Source: Podarcis liolepis (taxonomy: Eukaryota). Taken from it: a stretch of 64,000 nucleotides of DNA. Position numbers and translations under genes: made by a program. The notes under the pieces are model-generated. The model had not been told where the DNA came from. It saw only the letters and a program-made list of their open reading frames with translations, and made no database searches. Of the stretch, positions 35,646 through 47,418 are shown piece after piece. Numbering within the stretch: position 1 is the stretch's first letter; each line of letters starts with the position of its first letter. The DNA lies in assembly GCA_965112155.1 (NCBI GenBank), contig OZ218104.1. One strand, given 5' to 3'.

Positions 35646-36174
35646 TTTTCTCTTGGGAGAAAAGCAATGTCAAACCTAGACAGCATCTTAAGAAGCAGAG
35701 ACATCACCTTGCCAACAAAGGTCCATATAGTTAAAGCTATGGTTTTCCCAGAAGTGATGTATGGAAGTGAGAGCTGGATCATAAAGAAGGCTGATCGCTG
35801 AAGAATTGATGCTTTTGAATTATGGTGCTGGAGGAGACTCTTGAGAGTCCCATGGACTGCAAGAAGATCAAATCTATCCATTCTGAAGGAAATCAGCCCT
35901 GAGTGCTCACTGGGAGGACAGGTTGTGAAGCTGAGGCTCCAATACTTTGGCCACCTTGTGAGAAGAGAAGACTACCTGGAAAAAACCCTGATGTTGGGAA
36001 AGATGAACAAGGAGAAGGGGACGACAGAGGGCGAGATGGTTGAACAGTGTTCTTGAAGCTACCAGTGTGAGTTTGACCAAACTGCGGGAGACAGTGGAAG
36101 ACAGGAGTGTCTGGCATGGTCTGGTCCATGAGGTCACGAAGAGCCGGGCACAACTAAACGACTAAACAACAACA
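35646..36174 (+). mobile_element. 5'-truncated RTE-BovB LINE
   Basis: BovB RT C-terminus (LGRKAMSNLDSILRSRDITLPTKV...), CGACTAAACAACAAC tail; TSD ATAACCCAT(C/T)TCC at 35633 and 36175. Confidence 0.9.
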
Positions 36175-38315
36175 ATAACCCATTTCCACACATGCCTACC
36201 CATACTGTGAGAATTTCATTAGAAACCCTCCTCTAGGCTCCCTGCCATCTAGTATGGCAAATGGTTTCATCAAGGAAAGGGTGTTTTCAGTGGCTATACC
36301 TTGGTTTTGGAACCCTCTCCCCAAAGAGGACTGCCTGCTGCTCACTTTAATATTTTTCACTAGGTACATTTTTTTTTAATATTTCCTGACTTTTAAACTT
36401 TTGATGATTTTGTGCACGCATGCACAGATCTTACATATTTTACTGGTTTTCTTAAATTGCTGTTTTCTGACTTTCTAAGTTTTGATTATCAGTTGGAGGG
36501 GAAGGTGACTCTATCATGCACGTTTTACTGCTGCTTTTATAAATTTGGTATTTTAAGGACATTTCTATAGATGTTATATTTTACTGTAAGCCACTCTAAT
36601 TGTTTAATTGAAGGGCGGAGTGTAAATCATGAATATAATAGACCCTCAAGAACATGTCTTTGCAAGACAATGCCATACAGCTTTACTGGGAAGCAATTCC
36701 CATTAAGCTCCAGTTTGAAGTATCTGGAAACAGTTAGGAGGAGGATTTTATTTTATTTGGACATGACAAGTGCATTAAACATTTACTACTCACTTAGATA
36801 TTATTATACTAATTATGATTAGTGTTAGCATAATGGAAGCTCTTCAGTGGAGTAATTATGGCCGGTTCTGAAACGATCCAGCTCAGAGAGGATGAGTCTT
36901 ATGCCAATTACATAACAAAAGAGCAGCGTAATTATTCTGTAAGGGACAAAGGATTCTGCAGGCATATTTTAGGTCCTGAGGCAAAGTTACATTCTGTTCC
37001 TATGAAATAATTAAGTGCACCAAGCTGCAGTGCAGGTCTCACCTTGGATAAGCACAGCTGGTGTCATTGGTCATTAAAGTGCCTCTGTGCAACACTTGTG
37101 TCTCAATGGCAGCAGCACCTTAGATGTGACATTCTGCTCATTCTTTAACAATGTACAAGGAGAAAGTGAGAGAAATTCCTGGGGAGAGAAGTCACTCCAT
37201 TCCTCTTCTGAATTCTTGTGCCTTTGCTGGCCAGGTGGCATGATAATCCAGTCTCTCCAAAGTTAATGCAACAGGGGTAACTCATTCTATTATTATCACC
37301 ATAAAAGCATCAATGTGCAATGGCAATGAGACAAGGAAACATCCTGTCCCCTCTACTCCAATTAGTCTACTAAATTCTTATTGTGATATTCATTGTACAA
37401 CAGCCAGCAGCTCAACCCAATATGTTTATACTAAGAGGATGTCCATTCTTCCAACCTTACCTTTTCCCCATATCTTATTCTATGCTCTTAGTTTCAAGTG
37501 GCAGGGAGAGGAGAAAAACATGTTAGAACTGAATAAACTAAAATCCAAAGGACATTCAGTAAGCCCAAAACTTATCAACATTTAACTTGTGTGCATTCAG
37601 CTTTACATGCAAACAAAATTGTAAGATTTTTCAAAAGGGGGTGAAAAGGAGGTGGGCATCTGAGAAAAAAGATTTTGGCAATGCCACCCACATTGAATCC
37701 AATGTGTTTTGACTACACACAATTCTGGCTTTAGGCGTGACTCCTGGAATGTAATCCCTGAGTAACTTGCAAGCTTCCTATACTAAGATTCTGGGAGAAC
37801 TAGTGTGATGTAGCACATAAGGACAAACCTAGGACATGGGAAACTTGCGTTCAAATACCTGCGGAGAGATACTTGGGATCATTCCCTCCCAGTCCAACTT
37901 ATCTCACAGGGCTGTTGTGGGGATAAAATGCTGGTAGCAGGAAATCCATATGCATTCTGACTTAACTGAAACATGGCCAGGACAACATTTTATGCATGAA
38001 TGATGAAGAAAAATCACTTGGCAACGTGGGATGGCACCAGATAAGTAACACTAGGTACATCATTTGTCTTATGATGTGGGGTGTGAACTGAGGAAAGGGA
38101 ACATCATGTGTAGGAAGTTGCCCATTCTTTTGATGTGTGGAGAACCTTGGGCCCTCCAGATGTTGCTGGACTACAACTCCCATCAGTTCTAGCAAGATAT
38201 AGTAGCTGGCTCTGCCCCCATCCTGCCAGAGGAAGATTTGATTTTAAATTACAAAAACTAGATACCCCAACTCCAAAATGCAGTAAGAGAAAGCCAGTTG
38301 CAATACTAGACTAAT

Positions 38316-38321
38316 TTTATT
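38316..38321 (-). terminator. MED18: Candidate MED18 polyadenylation signal (AATAAA)
   Basis: First AATAAA on the minus strand, ~340 nt after the stop codon. Confidence 0.55.
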
Positions 38322-38656
38322 TGGAATCACCAAGTAATATTAATAATAAAATCCATTATTACTTAGTAAGAGACCAACCCAACCTTCTGAATTTTGTTTT
38401 GATTTCAAAGGTCTGAGCAAGATAACTATATCGGTATTGGTTAAAGCAAGAGTGGGGGACCTGTAGCCCTCCTGATGTGGCTGAACAAAAACTTGCATCA
38501 CCCCCAGCAAGCATGATCAATGGTCAGGGATGATGGGAATCATAGTTCAGCAACACCTGAAGAGCCAAAGGCTCTCCACACCTGCGTTAAAGCTTTCTGC
38601 AATTCTTCAGCCTCTGTAACAGGAAAGACTCAAGCTTTAGCTGCTGGCCATCTTGC

Positions 38657-39210
38657 TCACATCAGTCTTTTAGGATCAATTTTCTCTAGGTGAACTAAAG
38701 GCTTTAGCTGCTCAGCAAAACCCCTCATGTCATCAGAAACCACGTCTTGTCCTGCTGGTGCTACAATGCTGAGCTCCACAAGATAAGAGAGGGATAAGGG
38801 CTCAATGTTATCAGTATTTCCTGGAATCAGGATGCGGAAGATCTTGTACACCACAATCTTCATAATGCCCTTGCGGAACACGTGCCCCTTGGCAACAAAC
38901 TCATGGTCCATGCGGAAGCCCATCTCCACCAGGAAGTCCGTCAAGTTCTCAGATGTGGCAATATCAACACAGTTGCGTACCAAGGCATGGCGGCTTTTGT
39001 CGCCCATTTCTGGCTGCCCAAGGTACCGCAAGTGCCAGGGAGTGCCTGCTTTGTCCATGGAGCGCCGAGTGCGGAGAACAAATGGACTGGCCTGCTGCCC
39101 CTTGAGCAGGAACACCATCTCATGATCCAGAAAGGTCTCAGGTTCCATGTTATCACATAGGCCACGGAGTCGATGAAGGAGGCTCTCCAGGCTTTGATCC
39201 AAAACACTCC
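38657..39210 (-). CDS. MED18: Mediator complex subunit 18, last coding exon (joins 39831-39759; total 627 nt, 208 aa)
   Basis: Acceptor ctccctctag|GG at 39210; translation GSVLDQSLESLLHRLRGLCDNMEPETFLDHEMVF...LKPLVHLEKIDPKRLM*; phase matches the upstream exon; length equals that of vertebrate MED18. Confidence 0.97.
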
Positions 39211-39758
39211 CTAGAGGGAGAAAGGAGGGATTAAGACAGCATCACTGAACAGGTAACCATCCTCATTAACAAATGGAAAGCACCCTACTGCCCCGACAGT
39301 CCAGTAGCATCATGCCAACATTTAAAAAACCCCAACACCTATGGCAACTTGCAAACAGTACAATAGCCTTGCTGAATGGAACATGGATCAGAGAACCACA
39401 AAGCTCTCCACAAAAGATACAGCTAGGGGCCCTTTCACACATTTTAAAGTGTATCGGCCAAAGAATAAGGCTCAAATTTGAAACAAGTGTTTGCTAATAA
39501 AGGTATCATGCAGGTACACTCAAGGTCAGCTCATTATCAAGTATATACTCTGTGACCAACTTAGGTTTGTGGTTTTATTTGTGGAAAGACCTTAGAGTTG
39601 TCCACTCACAATCTCAACAGTTGTTCTGTTTCTTTAACTGTCCTGAAGCTATAAAAGAAAAACATCTACATTGCTAAAGAAACATATATTCTTCCAGTAG
39701 CATGTCATCTGGAATGAATCAGATATTACAGTTAAGCCAAGTCTTGCCCGTGGCTTAC

Positions 39759-39831
39759 CTTGAAGTAAATATTCCATCATGTTAATAGTGCCTCCAGTGA
39801 CAGGCATCATGGTGACGGGAGGGGCCTCCAT
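39759..39831 (-). CDS. MED18: Mediator complex subunit 18, first coding exon (exon ~39844-39759)
   Basis: accATGG start; MEAPPVTMMPVTGGTINMMEYLLQ+G; donor AAG|GTAAGC; acceptor gcttgtag| at 39844. Confidence 0.97.
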
Positions 39832-41038
39832 GGTATTTTCTTCTCTACAAGCAGCAGGATCAATAAAGAAAACAAGCTGGTCATTCAAGCTGAACCATGA
39901 GATAAATGTAAAAACATAAGAAAGGCCTAGCAGGATCAGGCCAAAGGCCCATGTATTGCAACATCCTGTTCTCACAGTGGCCAACCACAGCATGGTTATT
40001 TCAGCAAAGCAGAACCATAACGTATCCCCAGTTCAAACACCACAGGTGCCCCTTCTTTACCTTTATTACTGTGTGTGTGTATAATACGGTCCAAATATTA
40101 ATTGGGAGACAATGAATCCAGAGCAGGGGTTCTCAGATTCATGAGCTTCATTCAGGGGGTCCACAGAGTGCCTGTAAAAATACAATTAAAAACCATACAG
40201 CATCAAAGACAGTGCATTATAGCAGCTACAGAAGGCAGAAAAATCATTAAGTGGTCTGCCAAGACCTTCAGCAGAGAAGCGGGGAGAGAATTAGGCTCAG
40301 AAGAAACACTCTCTCGGGGTCATGTTCTTACCTCCCCTGTGTGGAAGATGCATGAATCAAGGCCTAATTCCTCCTACACCAGCTTTCCCCCCTAGCAGCA
40401 GGACAGGGAAGCAACCAACCTTTTCCCAGCTCAAGGATAAAAACACATGGCCTTGCAGATGTTGCTAGATTTCCATCTCCCATTAGCCCCAACCAGCATG
40501 GCCAATGGGAGCTGTCAAGAACATCTGGAGAGCCAACAGCATCCCCATCCCAATCCTAAAATAAGGCAATTTGGTGACAGACAAACTCCATTGTAAAATC
40601 CGATAAGCTCAGACAATTCAGAGGCTCTCCTGGGGTTACTGACATGTATGACCATGCATCTGAAATGAACTTTCCACAAGTTACTCATTGGCCTGACCAA
40701 GAACAATCACAAGTCATACAGATCCATTAGGGTCTACAATACACTAACGGCCCACTCCTAATCAGGCATACTTGGTGGTAACTGTCTTTGATCCAGCGGA
40801 ATTCCCTTTCATTAAGTAAGCATGCTTAGAATTGCAGCCAGCTTCTCCCACCCCCACTAGAAAGTACATATGTAAATATTTAATATTAACAGCTTTATCT
40901 TACATACACATAGTAGTAAGCCCTGTGGGTTTTTGTAGAATACATTGACAAGTAAACATCCAGAGGGATTTTAAATACACTCAGCAAGGTAGCCAGTGTA
41001 AACAGAGAGCTCCTCCACACTTAACAGTAATGCAGAGG

Positions 41039-41226
41039 AGGGGAAGGACCATAGCTCAGTTGCATAGCATCCACTTTGCATGCAGAAAATCCCACTCAAT
41101 CCTCAGCTTCTCCAGGAAGGGTTGGGAATGGCTCCTGGAGAGCCACTGCAAGGAAGAGTAGACAATATTGAGCTAGATGGACCAGTGGTCTGGCTCGATA
41201 TAAAGCATTTTCCTGTGTTCCTTCCT
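41039..41226 (+). mobile_element. tRNA-derived squamate SINE (Squam2-like)
   Basis: ATAGCTCAGT A box, GCATGCAGAA, GAGCTAGATGGACCA, TTCCTRTGTTCC tail. The same family appears at ~43224-43550, 44571-44765 (-), 45297-45600, 54281-54446 and 63838-64000. Confidence 0.75.
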
Positions 41227-41779
41227 AGGAAGGAACTGCTGTAACACCTGCTGAAATTCTCTCTATTAAAGATGTAGAAACCCTATTCACATTTGCATCT
41301 GACCACAGCGGCCATACTCCAGGACCTTCCTTAATTTTTCAGCTTTGTGTTTTTCAGTTGCTCTCTTAACTGACTGATTTATTTTGTTGTTGTTGTTTAT
41401 ACCCCACTTCCCTAGCCACTCTGGGCAGCATATAGCATACCTAAAAACATAATAAAAACATTATGCATTAAAAACCTCCTGATACGAGACTGCCTTCTAA
41501 AAGTTACGTAATTCCTTATCTCCTTGACACCTGAAGGGAGGCCGTTCCACAGAAGGAGCGCCACAACTGAGAAGGCCCTCTGCCTGGAATGTGGAATACA
41601 ACAAAAAGAAGGCTGTAAATGTTCCTTATTTCACAGCAGATCCCCGTAAAAGGATTCCCTTTGTTCCAGAGATACAATCTTCATAGGGATATTTGGGGGG
41701 GGGGGGGTGAGAGAGGAGACACCTCCAGTATCTCCTGAGAAGTCCTACTTTTCTCAACTAAATGCTATCCGAACTAACC

Positions 41780-42360
41780 CTCCGTCTGTAGGCCTCAAAG
41801 CCCCGGTCTCAATTAGTGTCAGCGGCGCAAAAACCTTATCTCCGGCTCGGCTGAACTAGTAACTTCAGGCGGGGGCTGTGCGCACGGCCTAGGAAGAAAA
41901 CTTCAGGTGTTGTACAGGGGGGAGTCTCCAGCAAGGCGGAGAGGCACATTACCTGCAACACTCTTCGCCTCACCGTTTGGAAGCACTCTTCCTTCTCTGC
42001 CCAGCCAGTCAAGCAGCGCATGCGCGTTCTCCTCCCCCTCCCGCGCTGTTCATGGGCATCGCCATCTTTTTCCTTACGTCACCGTACGGCACGTCCTCAT
42101 TCATTCTGTATTCGCTGAAAGAAAACAACAACGACGTCGCGCTTTGCGGTAAGAAAACTCCGCCGCGGGGAAACAGTGACGTTGCCGCATTACGTTGTAT
42201 ATCTGCGCCGCCGAACAGCAAAATACAAACCACGCCGGATCCCTCTTGAATAGTCACTATGCGGTGCCCCTCCCGGGGTTAGGGTGCGTCTCAGGCTATG
42301 AACGATCTAGGACTAGTCTTTAGAAATCCTTCAGGCGACCCAGTTGGGGGGCGGGACTTA
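41780..42360 (-). promoter_or_regulatory. MED18: MED18 CpG-island promoter and non-coding exon 1
   Basis: CpG-rich; NRF1 GCGCATGCGC 42016-42025; YY1 CGCCATCTT 42060-42068; CRE-like TTACGTCA 42074-42081; GC box ~42346; minus-strand donors at 41974 (ACG|GTGAGG) and 41953 (CAG|GTAATG). Confidence 0.75.
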
Positions 42361-43396
42361 CTTTTGAGTAGACCTGTATAGATTTGGGCCTCTCCTCCTC
42401 CTAAAATAATAAGTAGTAGCCCCAATCCAGAACTGTGGTTCAGCATCCGGATAATTTGTCGCATGTTTTGTTCCCCACCACCACGAAATTTTATTTTACT
42501 TCGAAACAAAGTTAATAAAGCAAAAGCAAAAAGTTACCCCGAGGCTGCAATCCTGTCTTATGCTCTTACCCGGGAGTAAGGCCCGTTAAACTCAGTGGTT
42601 TTTACTTCTGAGTAGTCGTGCATAGATGGGATTGTGCTGCAAATGAACGAATAAAATCCCTGATAAGACTTCTTCGCATCATCGTAGGGAGTTACTGTTG
42701 AAACAGCCTGAGGAGAAGTTCAGTTTTGGTTTTTAAAGACCGCAGGTGAAATGCTGAGTTTGGATGTTGAGAAAGACACAGCTTGCAGTGAACTTAAAAA
42801 CAGGAATATGGAGGACAAAGATTGGTGAGGTGCAGAGCAGTACTGGGAAGGCAATGGACTCGGGCCAAAGCCACAAAAATCTATTCTGCGTCATGACATC
42901 CTCTCCAGGCTTGTAAGGCAACTGTATCTATCGCTTAGTTTCTGTCACTGTGCTGATCAAAAACAATTACTATGCCCTGACTATAGTGAATCACCATATT
43001 TTCAGAAGATTGCAAAGCAATTTTTTTCTACAAATAGCAGTGACTCAGAACAGGTGTTTATTTTCTTATTACATAATTTGCACCTTTCTCAGAAGTGTCC
43101 AGACTGGTTTGCATATAGCTTCCATTTAGGCTCTTTAAAAGACTCGTCCAGTTCAGCACCAGCCATATAGGAACATTGTATATCTCTAAGCAAGTGGCAA
43201 AATTCTGTATTTCTGCATTCAGAGGAAGGACTGCAACTCTGGCAGAGCGCATGCTTTGAATGCAGAAGGCTCTAGGTTCAGGCCCCAGCATCTCCATGTA
43301 GGACTGGGAACATCCCCTGTCTGAATACCCAGAGAGACCTTCCAGTTGTAGAATACTGAGCTAGATGGACAAATGGTCTATCTGATTCAGTATAAG

Positions 43397-43532
43397 CAGT
43401 GCTATTTTTCTAGAAAAAGAGGTGCTGGAATTCACTATGAATGTCTCCCTTGTTCTCTTAAAATGGCAATAGCGCCCACCTGAGGGGTGCCAAAACTGAG
43501 TTTTGGTGAGTTCCAGCTGAAAAAAAGCCCTG
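43397..43532. mobile_element. hAT-type MITE inserted into a SINE
   Basis: CAGTGCTATTTTT/AAAAAAAGCCCTG termini; 8-bp TSD AGTATAAG/ATTATAAG; splits the tail of a Squam2-like SINE. Confidence 0.75.
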
Positions 43533-44302
43533 ATTATAAGGCAGCTTCCCACCAAACTGCAGTAAACTGCAATTTACAGTTGTTTACTTGCCTCTCTGTT
43601 GGGTGGCTTGTACTTCAGGTTTTGCTTAAGTAGTCCACTGAGTAGCAACTTCTCCCATCCCTTTGTGATCTTTGGTTTTTACAAAGCAAAAGCATGGAGC
43701 AACTGATGAGTGAATCACAACCTTTCCTATCTCCAGATTTACCTAACTCTCCCCTCCCCAATAGTGTTAAGACACTTCTAAACATATTTTGGAAATTCTC
43801 TTATTTCCTTCGGATTTCTCAACACCCACCTTTGTTCGGCACAATTTTTTAGTCCACATACCCTACTGTGGCAAAGCCTAAGTACATTGTTTTGGATGGA
43901 TGACATCTGTATGTCTCAGGAGACAGTGGAAGATTGATTGATTGATTCATCAATTGATTGATTTTCTATACCGCCCTGTACCTGAAGGTCTCAGGGAGGT
44001 TCACATAAATACCATTTCTCTTCTTCCTGCTGTCTCTTGTGATAGATGTAGATTGTGAGCTCCTCAGGGCAGGGACCTTTTATACTTAGCAAAAGCACCA
44101 TGCACATTGCTGATGTATTTTTATTATTAATGGTGTTGCTATTATTAATGCTCCAATTTCTAATAAAAGCTATAGACAAGTATCCCAGGAGATTACATTC
44201 CTTAATGCTGGTATCATGTTTCTGTCCTGAATCTCCCAAGTAATAGTGTCATTCACAATTTCACAGTAAACCATGGTTCAGTGGTGGTAAACATCCTTCT
44301 CC

Positions 44303-44350
<48 letters not shown>
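44303..44350. repeat. (TGT)16 microsatellite
   Basis: Direct reading. Confidence 0.95.
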
Positions 44351-44570
44351 AGCATCCCTCTCCTGTTGTTGTTTGTTTGTTTGTTTGCTTAATTACCCAC
44401 CCTTACCCCAATGTCACAGCCATCTAAAATAAAACAAACCAGAAAACCAGACTCGGAGCAAACTATAGTATGCCCTGACATGTGAACTGGGCTCTATGTC
44501 CTTAATAATGGAGTCCTGGATTTCATTCTGCTTAAATGGCCAAATAGCTGTTACCATTGCATTGTATCTA

Positions 44571-44765
44571 TTAGGAACATAGGAAGCTGCCTTATTTGAC
44601 GTCAGACCATTGGTCCCTCTAGCTCGGTACTGTGTACACTGTGTACACTGACTGGCAGTAGCTGTCCAGGATTTCAGCCAGTAGATTCCCAGCCCTTCCT
44701 GGAGATGCCAGGGATCGAACCTTGGACCTTCAGCATGTGAAGTGTGTGCTGTACCACTGAGCCCT
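44571..44765 (-). mobile_element. tRNA-derived squamate SINE (Squam2-like)
   Basis: Reverse complement of the SINE at 41039 (taggaacataggaagctgccttat...gggatcgaacc...ccactgagc). Confidence 0.8.
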
Positions 44766-47241
44766 TCTGCATGGACTCCATGGACTTCCACTTTACAGCC
44801 CAGCATGTTAAATTTCTGAACACCTTAAATCACCTGCATTTTTTACTCCCTTTTATTACTCTAAAGAGCAGGTGTCTGTAGAGCAACCATCTGAGTATAT
44901 CTGTTGTTATCACCCCCATGTCTCACTCCTGCTGAATGCAGTTGCAAGAACAAAGTGATTTATAGCTACCTTCGAGGGCACAGAAAGGGCAGTTTGCTGC
45001 CACACAAGCTTCAATCAACTCTGTTACGTTTGGTTGGAAAAAACTAGTTGGGAGAAGATGCTTCTGAGAGCTGTAGGACTGAGTCAGATAACACAAGTCT
45101 ACCTTCCTCCCTGCCAAGGCCTGGCCTGCTGTGCCTGTCACCGTTTTGCTATCTGCTGATGAGATCCTAAATGCACGTGAAAGTCAGAATTAATCTCCCT
45201 TTGCTTTCATAGACAATTGCATAACTGATACAAATACCACCATTGCATAGCCGTGGCAAAAGGTATACTTTGGTTCGCAGTGCAGAGATGTGAAAGGGAA
45301 GGGCTGAAAGCTCAATGGGAGAGCACAGGCTTGTCAGGTTTAATCCCTGGCATCCTCAGGTCAGGATGAAAGCTCAGACTAGGGGTAGCTGAAGCGCTGT
45401 CCTCCTGATGTTGCTGTACTACAATACCCATTATCCCTGATCATTGGCCATGCTGGAATGGATAATGGGTGCTGTAGTCCAACAGCATCTGGAGAGCACC
45501 ACAGGGCTTCTGCTGGTCTACACTTCCATCAGTGTTGATAAGACTGAGCTAGGTGAGCCAGTGGTTTCACTCGGTATAAGGCAGTTTCTTATGTAAAGGC
45601 AGGTGACGAATGGAGATGTGATGTTATAGGTACTAGCATGTACCCAGGGCATCACGAGAGTGTGTGGCATACTTTATTGAAGGGGGCCTGTGCCAGCCTG
45701 ACAAATTGGTAAGGAAGGCTTCCTCAGCTCATCCTACATACTAGCAATAAATAGAGCTCATTTTCTGAGGCTCTACCACCTGTACTACCCATTCAAAGCA
45801 GTATCATATCACTTTAAACTGTTGCTCTTGTTGCATTTTATTACCTGCCCTTCACCTAAGGTCCCAGGGTGGGTTAAAAGAATTAAAACACAATATTATG
45901 CAATATTAAAAGCAGCAATATAAAACTTCACAAATAAGGTGGGTCCTAAAAATGTACCTCACAAGTGTCATCTCAAGTGAGCTTTTGAGGGCGGTGGAAC
46001 CACCAAGTGGGCTCCCTCCACCGATTTTAGCACCTGAGAGGGTCTGTAGGGAAGGAAGTGGTCTTTCCCGTATTTGGGGCCTGAGTTATTTAGGGCTTTA
46101 AACACTGTACTAACATGAGCACCTTGAATTGAGCCTGGAAACAAACTGGAAATCATGGCTCCCCCCCCCCAAAAAGAAACCTGGGAACTGTAGTTTATTA
46201 ACAGTGCAGAGAGTTGTTAGAAGACCTTTGTCCCCCTTACAGATGACAATGTGTTCAATTGATGTATGCTACTGCAAAATCAATAAAAATATTTGGGGAG
46301 AAAAGTATATCTGGTACTATCTGACAAAGAAAGCAAGCTTGTGAAACGGTATATAGTCTCACATGCTGTTTCTTTCTTTGACAGCATCTGTTTCAAAATC
46401 ATTTTCAAATGTTTTTCAAACTGTCTCTTCTGCTTGATGACCTCAGTATAAGACATATGTCACCCACAAGCCATCTGTCACTGGCTTGTGCTCTGCGGTT
46501 AAGATAGAAACTGGCTGTTTTGTTTTACAGCTGGCGATCTTTGCCCGTCTAGGAAGAAAGTGCACGCTTTAACTTATGGACAGGACCTGGTTGCAGGTGG
46601 ACTTAGAACAGCTCACCTCATATATTTGCATGGCCCTAAAAGGAAATACTTTTTTGATGACTGTCAAGAAAAGACTGCAAGTTTCCTTGGGTGGCAGGGA
46701 AGGTGTCCATGATTTCCACCCCTCACTACCTATCAAACAAGAATATTGTCAGCCTGGTGAAGCTGCAAAATAAATCAACCAAAACGATCGAGGGGCTGGA
46801 ACCAGTCCCACACAAGGAAAAGTTACACATATTGGAAGTTCTTTTGGAACAGGTAACTAAGCAGAGTGGGGGAAACACACATAGCAACAAAAGAGGCCTT
46901 GGAATGAAGGTCAATGGAGACTGTGGCATCTTTAGGATATGTGGTTTTATCTACATACATGCAAGCTGAGCACAGGGTGGGAGGACTCACAAGCCAATAG
47001 AGTTTGCCACCCCATTCAGTTTCCAGCCAAAATTTGCACACCACAAATAATGATGAACCGCAGGAGGCAACTCAAGAGAGCTGGCCTTTAAAGCATGGCT
47101 GATGGAATGAGCTCTTTTCCCCACCTCTGTGGGCTCATACACTATTTATTTATCTATCTCACACTTTTGTTATTATTTTCTGTGAATACTGAGACCCCAA
47201 GCTACTATTACCTTGTAAGATGTTTCAAACTGTTCTGAAGA

Positions 47242-47418
47242 CAGTCATACCTCAGGTTACAGATGCTTCAGGTTGCGTTTTTTTAGGTTACAGAGCCACC
47301 GAAACCTGGAAGTACTGGAATGGGTTACTTCCGGGTTTCGGGGGTTGCGCATGCGCCGAAGCGCTAAATTGCGCCATTACAGGTTGTGAACGCTGCGGGT
47401 TGTGAATGTGCATCCCAC
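47242..47418. mobile_element. Tigger-like MITE fragment
   Basis: CAGTCATACCTCAGGTTACAGATGCTTCAGGTT end resembles the 27454/49934/52022 family; internal CGAAACCTGGAAGTA/TACTTCCGGGTTTCG inverted repeat. Confidence 0.65.

Noticed and set aside
39832-39993. N-terminal extension of MED18 in the ORF track
   Set aside because: Lies upstream of the conserved ATG, crosses the splice acceptor at 39844 and runs into a CR1-type repeat.
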